A DNA stretch of 64,000 bases from Balanoglossus misakiensis. Its lineage: Eukaryota; Animalia; Hemichordata. Of this stretch, positions 38,701 to 52,218 are shown piece by piece. The position numbers were made by a program, and so were the translations under genes. The notes under the pieces were generated by a model. It was not told where the DNA came from. It made no database searches and saw only the letters and a list, made by a program, of their open reading frames with translations. Every line of letters starts with the position of its first letter. Within the stretch, counting starts at the first letter, position 1. The stretch covers positions 11,201,995 to 11,265,994 of the forward strand of contig CM082585.2 in NCBI GenBank assembly GCA_040954595.2, in the 5' to 3' direction.

Positions 38701-41700
38701 AAGATAGCGTCCATTTGTGTTGTGTTGTGAGCGCAGTTCTCGGACACATTCTGAAAATCGAAAGTCCTTCAAATGCTAGTATATCCATTGTCCCTTTATA
38801 TAATAATCTATCTGAAACCATTTAGCTGAACAAAGCGAAATGAACTGGGTATCAACTATGTAATCTTACACGTGCACTTAAACAATTTAATGACCATTTT
38901 AATTACAAACGTTGTCATTAAAATCGACCGTCTAGTCAGAAGCAACAAACACCTGTAGCGTGTTAGAGCATTGGTTAGACATCCCAGGTTCAATGCGCGG
39001 GACAACTTTGGTCACGAACTTATTTCTGTACCAGATAGAACGTGGGGATTGGGAATGTCCGGTATAAGGGATATAGAACATACCCAGGTTCCTGTATAAG
39101 TGACGTGGCGCAGTCAGATTCCAGTCACCTCTAATTTTCTTTAGAAAAAAAATGAAAGGAAACCACTGACCCGAACTACCTTGCGCGGGTTGAACAACAC
39201 GAACAAATTTATTTGTAAAATCCTATTCTTCCGCACCAAAGTTTCATTTTTTTGTGATTTACAACTGCTGAATGTGTAACCCACTCACAACAACGAGTGA
39301 CACTTAAATTTAATACATTCCAGGACGCTTTAATGATAAAGGCATTTCTTAAGAGGCGCCTGTTGTGTTGTTTGAGGTTTTAAGACATGTTATCGACGCC
39401 ATAAAGGTCGATTTTAACGTTTATTGACTGCTACAGGCCTTGGAAGTACTCAGTCAATCAATGTGACGTAACTTCCCCGAACACCTTTGGTATTGTCGGA
39501 ATCGGATTTCGCCAATTTTCACCGTCCATATGGCATATACCTATGAGTAAACGTGCTCAGAGATGCTTCGGTCAAGGTATACAAAGAGCGCCGCACGGCT
39601 TAACTGAACGCGCTGTCGTATCCCATCCCAACGATCACAATACTGACGTTACTCATCTCCGATAATTCGCTAATGCACCAGTTAATTGGGATAAAGAGAC
39701 CCCGCTAATCCAAAAACCAACTTACAATCTGTATAAGTGGAGAAACCTCGATCATTCATACATAATGAGGAACTATTAACAAGTCAATGAAATATGCTAA
39801 TGTTACTCTTACTTTGTAGAATTGCAAGGCTATTATTTTAATTAAAGAAACCCAACGCGTTCGAGATATTTTCTTAATTAATTCGGTAATCTAAATGTCT
39901 GACGTCATCACTTTTATGGAATACTAAATATCAGAACTGTCACTTTTCCGGACACTTTCTATGTCTGATTGTGACCTCCTGCCGAAAAAAAAGTCACAGA
40001 AAACAGCCGTGTTTATGCTCTCGGCCGCTGCCTAACACTTAAGTCTTTACACGAATGAATCACCCTTCCCACTTAATTTCTTCCAAATGAGCGCTTTTTT
40101 CATCCGATTCCCAAACTGAGATTATGGGCTTTCTCCCGGGGCACTGACCCAGTGTCATTGGTTCGCTATATTAGAGAACAATCCGTAACCCATTGACAAC
40201 GTTCATGCGCTCGACTTCACCGAATTAAAGTCGCATTTCAGAAGGGATTATGGCACCGTTGAGAACCCCGCTGTGACGATAAACAAAGGTACCCGCTTTC
40301 GCCTTGAATAATTCGGACCACAGACAAAGACTTCTAGGACCCGACTCATTGGTGTCTGTACTTTTTGGGGAGATGTTTTTGTCTCGAAAAAGGTTCGAAT
40401 TCGCCACGAAATTTGAAACTTTAAGATTCTCTCGAATGCAAAGAGCTAGTATGAGCAACCACTCTTGCAGTAGACTTTGACGTCACTGAATTTGGCCAAT
40501 GAAACTCGGGAAGAAAATACATTACTGTGATAAATTTAAAAAGACACGGATTCAATTCAGGCTGTAAGACAGTTATTCATTGATTCTTAACACGATTTGT
40601 ATATCATATACGTGCATTCGATATTTTTTTATGTAATTAGGATCGCTTCTTTCTCACAATTTAATAACTGACACGAATACGAAAAGGGTACAATTATCAA
40701 GTACCAATTTTCCGAATCGCGGCACAAATTGAACGCTAGGTATCGATCGTAGTCAAAATGGCGGATCGTTCCAATGGACGACCACAGATATAATTCTCTC
40801 GGAAATTAGCCGCCATTCTGTTCCTAAAAGGCTACAGTTTAACACAGCGAGCATCGATTGTGTTGAATTGCCCGCGGCACTGGGTTCATGCAGCCTCTCT
40901 GAATAACCTACTTTGCCGTCGGGACTATACAGCGATGACGTCGGTTGCCTAATTAGTCCTGAGTGGGTCTTAGTTTGCAAGTCCTTCTACGGCTCTTCAG
41001 TGTCCGAACGATCCGCGAAAAGTTGTGCCGGGGGACGCAGTCAGTTACAGAGTAAACCGTGACACAACAACGAGGTGTCCATGGACGATATTCCGCCGGC
41101 TTTCGTCACAAAACATCCCCATATATACACAATTGACAGGCTTCATGATTTGGACTCGTTAGAATCACCGTGCACGTATGAAGCAGCACACCATATTGGT
41201 TAGATGGGAATAAGAAACACGCGTTGGACCAATCACACAACTCAACTCAACGTTGTTTTAGTCTGCGTTTCTGAACAGTCATCGGCATATGAATCACCTA
41301 GAGAGTCTATTACAATTTTGTTGTCTGCATGTCTGAACGAACTGAGTTTGATTAAAGTCGTAGCAAAAGCAGGAGATCTATACATTGTACCTGGTGCACG
41401 TGGTGCTGAGCGGCCTGAGGTGCAAGACGCTTCGCATGTAGCCAGGGGCGGTGCACTTCGCCTCAATCACGAAGTGTTAAAACCCATTAGCTGTTTGTCG
41501 GTTTACACAGCCCCTGTGTTTCATGCCAAAAGTGTCGACAATCGCATGCTTATCACCAAGGTGCGATAAATTACCAAACACCAGTATTTTGCATCGCATA
41601 TATATCAACTGTCGTGAACATCGAGCTGCTGCCCACGTGGTCTATCGGGGATCCAAAAACCGAAGGAAAAGTCAAACTGTGCCGATTCATGTCTCTACGA

Positions 41701-43083
41701 ATTCAAACACGTCTTTCAGATGCAGTTAGAAACGCGAACGCACAGGCAGACGATACCAAAATAAAGGTTCAAGTCCGTCTGTGGTCTTCAGTCTCAAACG
41801 AAAAGGATTTGAGAAATCCCACAGCGAACTCTACGTGAGCATATTTTAACAAGATCTAAACGATGTTTGTTGTTTTTCTCACCGAACACCTGTGGCTTTC
41901 GGGTCGGCTTGTTTTCGCGATAATTGTCATCCAATTAAGACCCGCTTTCCAGCGCGATTACACTGACAAAGCACACAGTTATAGCAGACTTGAAATACTG
42001 CAGAACTTGATACAGGATTTGGATTTCGTCAATCAACACATGGTCCTATTTAACTGCAGGTGATTACTATTTTCCTTCTGAGGGTCGTTATTGACGATCA
42101 GGTGACTAAATTTGGAAAAGGTCCAATTTAAAGGTCAAATCCCTGCGTCATTCTTCCATAGCTTGCTCTCACAAATAACCGACGAATGACGTTTGTTCCA
42201 CCAACAAACTTTCTACAGAAACAGTTCTCACCATTTTAGTTCACCAAAAATTCTCGATTATCACATGTTAAATAATGTCGCCAACTTGAAATTGTGTTAT
42301 CGCTTATACCAATTGTTAAAGAAGGGGTGAGCTAAACTTGGCCAGGACACACATGTTGTCTTCAGGCGTTTGAATCACTGCCTGTATACTAAAGTTAAGT
42401 GATGAATTAAACAGTTTGTGATGCAAATAGAAATTCGTATGGAATCCGCGCCTGAATCATCATACGAAATTTTGTTTGGGTACAAAAGTTCAATCTTTGT
42501 ACACGTGCACCTCCCAACATTCAAAACGCCAACGAGAAATACCCACTTCAGTTCGGGGTTTTAAAGAACATTTTGACAGCAACGAAATCCGGCTTAGGGG
42601 AAGCAATTTAACGGATAATTGACACTTCCACTACTCTCTACGCGCCTTGAATATTAACGAAAGGAGCTCCGAGAGTGTATCAGGGAACAGCTTGCAGCCA
42701 GATCGCCTTGATACGCTATACGATCTGGTTCTATGCAATATTGTTTACAAAATTCTTCTTATAGATTGACGGAGATCGTTGAATACAAGTGCTTTGAATG
42801 ATATCAACACCATGAATGTGTATCGCAAATCGTGATTACACGTTAGCGCTTGAACTCGCTTGTGCCCCGAGGGCATGACAGAGACAGTTTTGAGGGAGAG
42901 GGGGTCACATGACCTTTGTGAATCGCCCCTTGGCCTATCTCTCTGATGGTAGGAAATTGAAAACAATGAAGGCTTATTAACTTACAGCCATTTCACGGCG
43001 CAACTGAAGTGGATGGACGCAACCAGAAGACAGAGTAGTAAAAGAATCGTTCTTGGTGACGATGTTGACCCCAGCCTCGCCAT
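32719..43083 (-). CDS. WNT11: Wnt11 ligand; 5 coding exons, 358 aa
   Basis: Exons 42986-43083 (signal peptide ending AVKWL), 37257-37492, 33603-33877, 33161-33453 and 32719-32893 join in frame (1077 nt). Motifs [45 protein letters not shown] (lipidated Ser), and the Wnt11-type end [24 protein letters not shown]. An upstream non-coding exon is likely (acceptor near 43197, donor near 44966). Confidence 0.93.
37146..37208. repeat. (CT)n microsatellite in a Wnt11 intron
   Basis: Imperfect CT dinucleotide run. Confidence 0.9.
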
Positions 43084-45646
43084 GGATACTGATGGGATCG
43101 TTCAACTGCGGTGGTGTGACGTCCAATTCTGTTGTCCTTATGTCCGTTCCTTGCCTCAATTCGTGGAAGATCCGACCCAGCTGAATTTGGATTCTCTGCA
43201 GGTTAATTGATACAGAAACAAAATTTATAACAAAAGTCCATTCGAATGACGCTGCCGAAAATGAGACACTGCAACCGCATACCAGTCAGATGACGTCGTT
43301 AACACCAGGTGTACTATTTGGCAAATGTACTCGAACTAGTCACAAGCTCTCTGCCTGAACCTAATCGAGGCCCCGCGGCCTAATGGAAAGATTTGTAACG
43401 TGGATTGAAGTTGAGTGGGGAAGGTATTTCACAGCGGCGGTATCTTTCGTCATGTTGACAGATTGGTTTAACCATGGAGGTGCAGATATATTCAATCTGT
43501 TCATGAACGAATAACAATACACTCTATCACAGGTGGCATCGAATCCCATTCTCTTATTTTCTGGAACAGGACTGTATTTTTTCTGGATCTTCCTCACACC
43601 AGAACAGGTGTGAGTATAGGGCCACAACAGCTGCAGGTTTGGTACACAAGACAAGACAAGAAAAATCAATCTGTCTCTAGTGTGACGTTGGGCGAAGCTT
43701 GCTGTACAAACAACGACGACACACTATCAACCCAAAATCTGATTAGAAGGGTAATACATGTTACCTCACGTCAACAACGCCAGACCGTGTACAGTAGCTG
43801 ACTCGATCACTCCACGGAACTCAATGGGTTCTCATGAGCCAAACTGCCAACTTTGCGAATGCACACTTTAGCGTAATGAACACCGGCGTTTTGTGTTGTC
43901 CAGCTTATCACAGCGGGGGATCCTGTCCCCAATTATTGACCCGCCTGTCGCCCCAGTTCTCCCCCATAAGTGCATTAATTTTATCTTGACTGTCGTCTGC
44001 TCGTGCAGGAAAACAAAACAGGTGCTAAAGATCGTGAATAGTTAATGAGGTTTAATGGAAAATCCAAATATTTGTAGCGCTGTCCAGTAATAGAATCTGA
44101 ACGTTGTTGACAGCACCTTTCCCTTCGCTTCCTTTGATCTGATCCCCGTTTGCCGCTTTGTGAAACGATCATGACAACAGCTATCAGGGGATTTGGAAGA
44201 AGCACTGAAATGCTAACGTGTCATAGCTCCCCTTCAATGACACCCCAAGAGACCTTTTCACGAAATATAACACTTTACATGTGTAGATTTCAGCTCTTAA
44301 GATACCGTGAAGTGAGGTAACTCCACGTGTGAACGACGATCCTTCAAACGAACGTCGCCTGAGCACGGGTAGCGCTGTTTCTCGTCACATCCCCTGCTGC
44401 CTTACAGGCAACTTAACACACGTGAAATCATCCGTGTCTGGCGGCTTCACGCAAGGCTGGCGTTACCTTACTTATAGGGCTTCCTAACATCGCCGCCGGC
44501 ATGTTTACCTGCTATACGACTCACTGCGCAATATTGAGTCGAATTTGTTTGATAAAAAATCCTCGAAAATAAAGCCGCCGCGACGAACTTGTCCACGTCC
44601 TGTGAGCACTGTCCAAAAAGACTAACACACAAGGCCGTTCTGCAGAAAGGAGACGCCGCCTTACAAAAACAGAATACTGCCGTGGAATTTAAAAATAACA
44701 ATGCGCCAAGGGTGTGCGGTTGAACATCGAAATTGTTGGTACATTTCTCTCGGCGTTTTCCGCTGGAAATTATGGCTAATGATAGGGATATCTCCAGCCG
44801 TGGAATCTGCTGCCATATGTCCTTATGACCCCCGCTATAGTTCACGACATCTACCCAGCGTATAATATGACAACACCGTGGTACCACGACAAAGTACTAC
44901 CAGTATATCTTGTGGCGGGCGCTTGTTCGGCTTGGCACACAAATAAACATTTACAGAGTTACTTACCGGAGGAGTCGTTACAGTCGGTTAATAGGCGCGA
45001 AAAACTCTATTCTCTACTCCTAGGAGTCCGATCAACTTCTCTCTGGAGATTTTGGGCCGCGTGCCGTTCACAGGTTTTCTTCAGACTCGCGCGCAACTGT
45101 TCGATACGGTAGAAAACACAGGCTACGAGAGTTTACGTCCCTGTCTGGGTACTAGTATATTCTCGCTGCAAACTGGCATAACAGACTGATTATACCAATA
45201 TCTGAAAGCTCTTTTGTTCTTCTCTGTGTGTGCCGACGCATTGAAGACGTGAAGGGAGATAGGATGCAAGCTAGCTGCACAGAAATGCTTCTTTGACAAA
45301 GACTGTCAATGGGCTAAATGGACCACTCAAACTTAAATCGTCTCACGCCTGCGCAGTATGGCTTAACTCGCCTCACGTAGATTCAAATCAGTATGACATC
45401 TCCGCCCCGATAAGTGATGGCACCTTGGTTGTCATGGTGATACAGTCTAGTCTCGTTAGGTAAGGTGAGCTCCCCACTCCCGCGCCCTTCCGTGCACTGC
45501 TCACGCAAGTCGAATGTGAACGTAAGAGCGCATGCTCATGACAGAAGAGAATTGTAGTCGTAGCGGTTGAGAAAACTATTTTGCACTAGCAGTCGAGTTC
45601 CAGGCACAGTTTGACAACTCAGACGGTTGGCGCTCAATGGTCGACC

Positions 45647-45701
<55 letters not shown>

Positions 45702-45726
45702 CGGTGATGATGATGATGAGGATGAT
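45647..45726. repeat. (GAT)n trinucleotide microsatellite
   Basis: About 26 ATG/GAT units with a few interruptions. It explains the poly-Asp, poly-His and poly-Ser ORFs in the track. Confidence 0.95.
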
Positions 45727-47049
45727 CCCGTAAGAGTTTCATACCAACAACAAAAACTAAGGTTATTCTTCGATCGGTCAACACTCTTCCCATATAAAGA
45801 AAGAATTGCGGCTATTCTCAATAGTTACCTTCGTGTACCCTGTAAAGACCCGAAAACAAATTCCATCGCAAGTTCTTTATAACAGCCCATTCACAAGAAC
45901 TCGACCGCGTTTGCCAAGATATATTCCACTTCCGCAACCAAACGAACCATATCACTAAGCTGTTTGCTTCAAAGGGGGATTTCTTGCATGGGTGCTCTCT
46001 CTCCCGAATTGCCGTGAAGCATGGCCCCCCATAATGGTCATGTAAATTTGCCTGAAACCGATTTTTACACCCCTACAAGGGGTCGAATTTACAAGTTTGA
46101 CTTCACCAGCAGGTTTAGCTGGGTTTCATGAACAGGTGTGTTTGCATAAATGCAACAGAAACTTAGTGGGATAAAGTTCAGACTTTTTTTTGAGGCGATT
46201 TAAAACTTTTTCCTCCCCAGTTTGACCAAAAGATGCCCGTTATCCTACATGCATACACTGGCAGCTTTTGAACACATCGATTTATCCTATCATGAAGATG
46301 ATTGGACTTCTGTGATCAAATTATGAGACCGACCAGATTCCAGACAGAACCTGTTTTCACCGTCTCTTGCCAGATGTCATCTCAATGCAACACAGAGGAA
46401 ACCCTATCACCAACTTTCCACCTACAATTCCACCTCCATTCGCAGCAATTGCGACGTTGTGCGTTGCATTCTATACGATAAAAAATTGTATCGAATTGCG
46501 AATTTCAATTCAATTCTAAACTTATTAACGGCGGCGAAAATTCCATCATTATGCCACAGGCTTGCTAAATCACCCTCGTTTTAGAGCAAAAAATGTGCGC
46601 GATTAAATTAAATTTACATAGCAAGTGCGCAGCCATGCGACAAAATTGATTTCAAACTGCAGATACGGCTTACTAGAGTTATCATCCTGAAGTAACTGAG
46701 TCAGAGCTAGCTAGGGCGACCCAGTGAGTTCAATCCCCGTCTGAACACAAATCGCATTTACCTAGTTTTGAATTAAATTCCATCTTATCTAGACCCGAAG
46801 GTCGTGTTAGTAGAGGTATACGTGTGAAGCGTATGGAATTGCGCAATTGTGCTGACATGTCGATTATAAGAGCCTTGAACTACATAAGCGGGGCCAGGCT
46901 GACACGTCAACGTGCATACATGCGAATCAACTTCGACATGAAGCTAATTATCATGCAGGATATTACGTCAATGGAATCCACCGACTGGAATACTTAAGTA
47001 TGTTGCTGGTTTCGAAAAGTTTCTCTTCAGCTTACAAAGAGCACATGCC

Positions 47050-47230
47050 AGCCCATATCCGCTGACTCGACTTGCTAGCCCCTCAAGCCCGCCCCCATAT
47101 TTCACTGAACAAATCCAATCGTTTGAATTGGTGGTATGATTGTGCAAAGGACAGTATAATGTTGAGGGCGCTGTACGACCAAATCTCTCCTTCGAGTTCG
47201 TTAGTCTTGACCCGGAAGTAGTTTAGAAGT
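47050..47230 (+). promoter_or_regulatory. Candidate proximal promoter of the DED-STAND-TPR gene
   Basis: GC box (GCCCGCCCCC near 47087), CCAAT near 47115, ETS site CCGGAAGT near 47212, CRE-like TTACGTCA near 46962. A splice acceptor at 47484 precedes the ATG. Confidence 0.4.
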
Positions 47231-47489
47231 TGAGAGGTCGTGCTTTTGTTTGCCACCTCTGTATAGTATGGATACACATACTTTGATTGTACACAATTCA
47301 TAACTTAGCGAAGTATTTGTTGTCGAACAAACATCTGTTACTGTGCTAGCTGGCATGACGAATGGTGATTACTTGTACTTCATGAGATATTGTTGTTTAT
47401 TGCGGTTGCAATGCATGACATGATGGTCTGTTCCGTATTTGTCTGTCCGGAGAATTGTAGTTGACTTTCTGACACCTGCTACAGACATC

Positions 47490-50400
47490 ATGCTTACAAA
47501 CGATCCTACAGGTGGGGAAAGCATTGACCCATTTGGGGCTCTACGTATGCACTTGGCGGAGTCAATGATCATGTCAGAAGTTGTTGATGACTTGAAGCGA
47601 GCTAAAACGATCGTCAAGAGCAGACTAGGAGAACGAGAGTATGATATGATTGGAAGTCCATACGAACTCTTTGATGCGCTTGAAAAGGTCGGCTTGATAC
47701 GAGACGACAACGTTGAATACCTTCGTTTGCTGATGCGTGAAATAGATCGTGTCGATCTGGCAAATGAGGTGGAGGCGTACGAGAAGACAAATGACCACAC
47801 CCGGAAACAGTTGGCGAGACCGTTACTCCGAGATCGCCTTTTTGTTGGCCGTCAGAAACAGAAAGACCGAATATTGAGATCATTAAACAATGAGACATCT
47901 GGAACGAAGATAGTGTGTATCAGTGGTTTTCCTGGGATGGGTAAGACGCGGCTTGCCAAGGAAGTTTGTCTCACAATCGAACAGCAGACTCACAAAGCAA
48001 TCAAACCTTACTTTGTTGAACTCAGAAGCCAGACTGCAATCGAAAGCATCTTTTTTGCAATCGTCAACAAGTTGGATGGTCTGAGTGCTAAAGATTTCGA
48101 GATGAATATTCTGTATGATTACTTACAACAATACGACAAAGGTAACTGCATTTAACTCTAATTGTATGTCACTATTTTTAACAGACATTGTGAACACTAG
48201 GATTTCAGGGTGAAAGGGATTACTATAATCATTTGGGATAACCATATGCAGCCAATGATGATGATGATATTAGGCTGTTACAAACAGCTACTATAGGCTT
48301 TTAGTCAGCAGGTTTTGAATTGAATCACCAGGCCAATTAGACAAAGCTGTATCAAGGACCATCATTCAACCCCAAGCCTTTAAGACTTCGCCATCGTTAG
48401 CTTTATCTGTGTGTTTTACTCTTTTATAGGATATGCAACTATAGTTCTAGACAGCGTCGATAAACCTCTGGAACCAGGGAGTGAGGAAGAACCAAACGTG
48501 TTTCTTGAGCCATTCCTCGAGATGCTGGAAGGGTTCGTCAGAGTTGACAATCCCTTGATTAAATTCATCATAACGACACGTTCCAGTCTCAATCACACCG
48601 AGTTCAAATCAAAGGGAGTGACGGACACGATAGCTTTAGAGGAGAACGACATGACCGTGGACGAGGCTGTCCAGATTTTGCGATACCACGCCGGGAAAGT
48701 TGAAATCAACGATGACAACGCGCGTGAACTGGCGCTGAGCTGCGGGAAATGCCCACTGGCTTTGAAGGTGGTCGCTCGGAGGTTGCAAGACCCCAACCTG
48801 GCGATGTCTGTCGGGGAGATGGTGACATGCCTCCAGGAAAAGTCGAAGAGTTCCCGGGGGAGGACAATGAGAACGCTGTGTCACTTCGGTCTCACTAAGG
48901 ATGAGCGGATAGATTTCATTTTAGAAGACACATTTGATCGCTTACCTCTTGATGATAAGCGAAATATAAGCATGCTGTCAGTCATTCCTGGGACGTTTAC
49001 CCTTAAAGCAGCCAATGACATCCTGGGTTACAGATCCAACCAACTATTTGACGTTAAATTTGACCTCGCAAATCTGAAGAACAGAAACTTGATCGAGTCT
49101 GACGACGACTGTGACGGGATTGACCCAAAAGATCTGCGTAGTAACTTACATCTCCTTCTCCGGACTTTCATCCATGAAATCAAGGCTGAAAAGGACGAAA
49201 AGGTCCGAGCATGGTGTCAGAAGGGAAAGCAGAAGTATATTCGATTCTATTTGACAGAACTTAAAGACATCTCAGTGCAGTTTGACAAGGACCACTCAGA
49301 TGCAATGAGGCGAAAAGAGGATGACAGTGCCAACTTTCACTACCTCATTGAATTACTGAAAGATCTTGATGGCATTAAAGAGGAGATTGAAGATGTCAGA
49401 GACTCCCAGCTGATCATCCAACTACTGCTGTCCAACAAACAGAGGTACTCTTACTACAAGAAAAGGGCGGAGGCGGCAAAAAGAGAGAATAATGCCAGGA
49501 TGTACGCCGAAATGCGCAGTCGTGAAGTCATTCAGCTCCTGGACATGGGCTACAGAGTTCAAACACTGATGCCAATCCTTAATGAAGCGCGATACACCTT
49601 AGAAAACCTATCGGACTTTGATTCCAAAGATGTACAACTGAGCCTGGCCACTTGCTACTACAGCAAAGGCGACGTGTACTACGTCAGAGGCAAGTACAAG
49701 AAAGCGGAGAAGTATTACATGAAATCCCTGAAAATAAGGCAGGTTCACCTGGGCATTCACAGAGAAACATCGCGGGTTTATGCCAATCTGGCAGCGGCCA
49801 ATATCGGGCTGGCCTTCACGGACACAGAACACACCCTGCCTGACGGTTCAATCACCCAGTCGTGTGTGTTCCAAGAAAGTAAAGTGTACACAGCTCTTGG
49901 GTATGCTGAACAAGCCTTGGAGATGCGGAGGTATATCACAGGCTCAGAGAAACACCTAGAGGTGCCGGACATCATACTCAACATTGCAGCATGCTATCAG
50001 TACCTCCAAGAGAATGAAAAAGCAGTCGAGTTGTACCAGAAGGCTCTTGATTTGGAAAAGGAACTGCAAGTCTGTGGGTTTGATGGTACCCAAGTCATTC
50101 TGAAGAACATAGCAATGTGTTACTTTGAGCAAAGGAGGTATGTATCATCCCATTTTGGACACACGCTCGGCAGAATTAAGCAGACCAGCATTCACTTGCA
50201 TACCAACAAAAATACAACTGTTAAAGTGGGAGATATTAGAAGCAGTGTTACCTTAACTTCATGCAGTACTCAGTGGTTTGTCTTTTGGTCGTTAGGCGAT
50301 GCCGGTGGCGTTTTTTCCTTCTGATAGGTTTTCTGTGGAAGTTACAGAGATAAAAATTGTGCAATTATATGATTTTCAGGTACGAAGATGCGATGAAGTA

Positions 50401-51643
50401 TGCACAGACTGCCATGAGTAACCGGAAGCGCTTGCTTGGCATTCATCCCAGCACTGCAAGAAGTATATATTTCGTGGGAAGCATATACCTCAGCATGAAG
50501 GCATACGACAAATCCAGAGAATATTTAGTGGAAGCTCTGGAGATGGAAGAACGTTTGGTTAAGGAAGGCAAGGCGTTGAGTTCTGACTGGAGAAACTTGA
50601 AGACAATCTTACCCCAGGTGTTTCGTTTATTGAAAATGGGGAAAGAACGTAGTCGGTGCCTCAGAAAATTTCAGGTACATTGATTCAAAACAATACAGCA
50701 AGTTAAATAAAACGAAATATTACTCGACATGGATTTTTTTTTCCTATTCTTCTATATTCTTAATGTATATAATTTATTGTGCTAAATTATTTTTGTTTAT
50801 TTCCTTTATAAAGGAAATAGAAAAGCTGAGGGATGAAAACGTTCATAAAATTGATGAGAAAATTAGCAGTGATGAAAGGTTTTCAAGTTCAGGGGGTAAG
50901 TTGAGTTACATGTAATTAGCTTAGCTGCAATTTTTTCAGGACATTGTTTAATGTCTGGACAACAAGTTCTTGTAAGGGCAAGAGAAAGAAGTATGAGAGA
51001 AAAACAACCGATGGTTTATCCTACCAGTGAGAGGAATTATATGAAAATTAGCATTGAATGTTAATGTTGTACTGTTTTAAATTGCAGACGAGGATGATAC
51101 ACCAGCGAAACCTACAATGAACAGCCTACAAGCCAATCAAAACCACGGGAACGACAGCGAGAGTAAAGAACCCTCCTTGCGGACAATGGCGCTGGGGTCG
51201 AACGACGTAGGCACTAAGGAGAGATGTGATAACACTGTGAAACAACTAATAAGGAGCTCTTCAGAATCGTCATCGGACCAGACTGATGTTGTTGTGAAGA
51301 ATGAAGACGAATTGTACAAAGAGCCACTGTTACAAACAGGTTTGGGTGTTTCACAAATGAAACATGAATGAAATAATCTGAGTTGTCATCCCAGGTCAGG
51401 AAACAAGGTAGTGATAGTGTTGATGTTTGATAAATAATATGATGAGATCGAAGCTGAATGAATGTTTTTCTTCTGTGCGTTATTTTTTCAGGTTTCATTC
51501 CTAGGAGGACAAGACAAACTTTTAGTCGGATCTGTTGTTTGCGATTACGCGGTTGTTGCTGCTGTTTTTCAATCCAGAGACGACGAAACATGACGACGAG
51601 TTCCGAAAACTTGCTGCCTTTAAGTCAGTTCGACTCGGACTAG
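47490..51643 (+). CDS. Death effector domain + NB-ARC-type STAND ATPase + TPR repeat protein (NLR-like); 6 coding exons, about 1046 aa
   Basis: Exons 47490-48141, 48430-50137, 50380-50674, 50814-50895, 51088-51339 and 51492-51643 total 3141 nt and join in frame. DED signature LFDALEKVGLIRDDNVEYLRLLMREIDRVDL; FVGR; Walker A GFPGMGKT; Walker B TIVLDSVD; sensor IITTR; GxP motif CGKCPLALKVV; MHD-like LHLLLR; several long-type TPRs (SLKIRQVHLGIHRETSRVYANLA, AMSNRKRLLGIHPSTARSIYFVG). Confidence 0.85.
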
Positions 51644-52218
51644 CTGTGTGGTGGTCTCTGAATGTAGGGTTTCTGCAGAGAAGAGAGAATGTCTGAAGGC
51701 CAGACATTCACTGCACGAAACCCACAAAGAATTAATTTAAAATTGCTGCGGTTGTTGTCTAGTTCATATGGCATATGGACAAGAAAAAAATCATTTTCAA
51801 TCACACACTTTCAAATCAAATCTTGTAATACACACATTGACGAATAAAAACAATGAGAGTAAAATAGGCATATGCTGTGTTATTGTTTTTGTTTTGTTGC
51901 CCCAAAATAATAGGCCACTGTTTGTTTCATATATTTAAAATGAACACGACACAGGTAGATTACAGATGGAATACATGTGGTGTTCCAGATGGCAGTACTG
52001 TCTATGGTGCAAATCACACAAGGAATTCACTTGATAGTAACCGAACAGGCTGGGTTTTTAAATCATGCAACCGTTGTGTTTAGGCCTACGTGTTTCGGGT
52101 GAAGTTGAAACATAGTGTTGGATGTTGGTATGGCAAGAGTGTCGGGCTATGGTTGCACCGCCTCGGCCCTAGCCGGACACTCACTTCATCCTGCTGCTGG
52201 AAATTACACATTTCACAA

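Noticed and set aside
45536-45882. ORFs with poly-His, poly-Ser and poly-Asp tracts
   Set aside because: All three come from reading the (GAT)n microsatellite; there is no other coding evidence.
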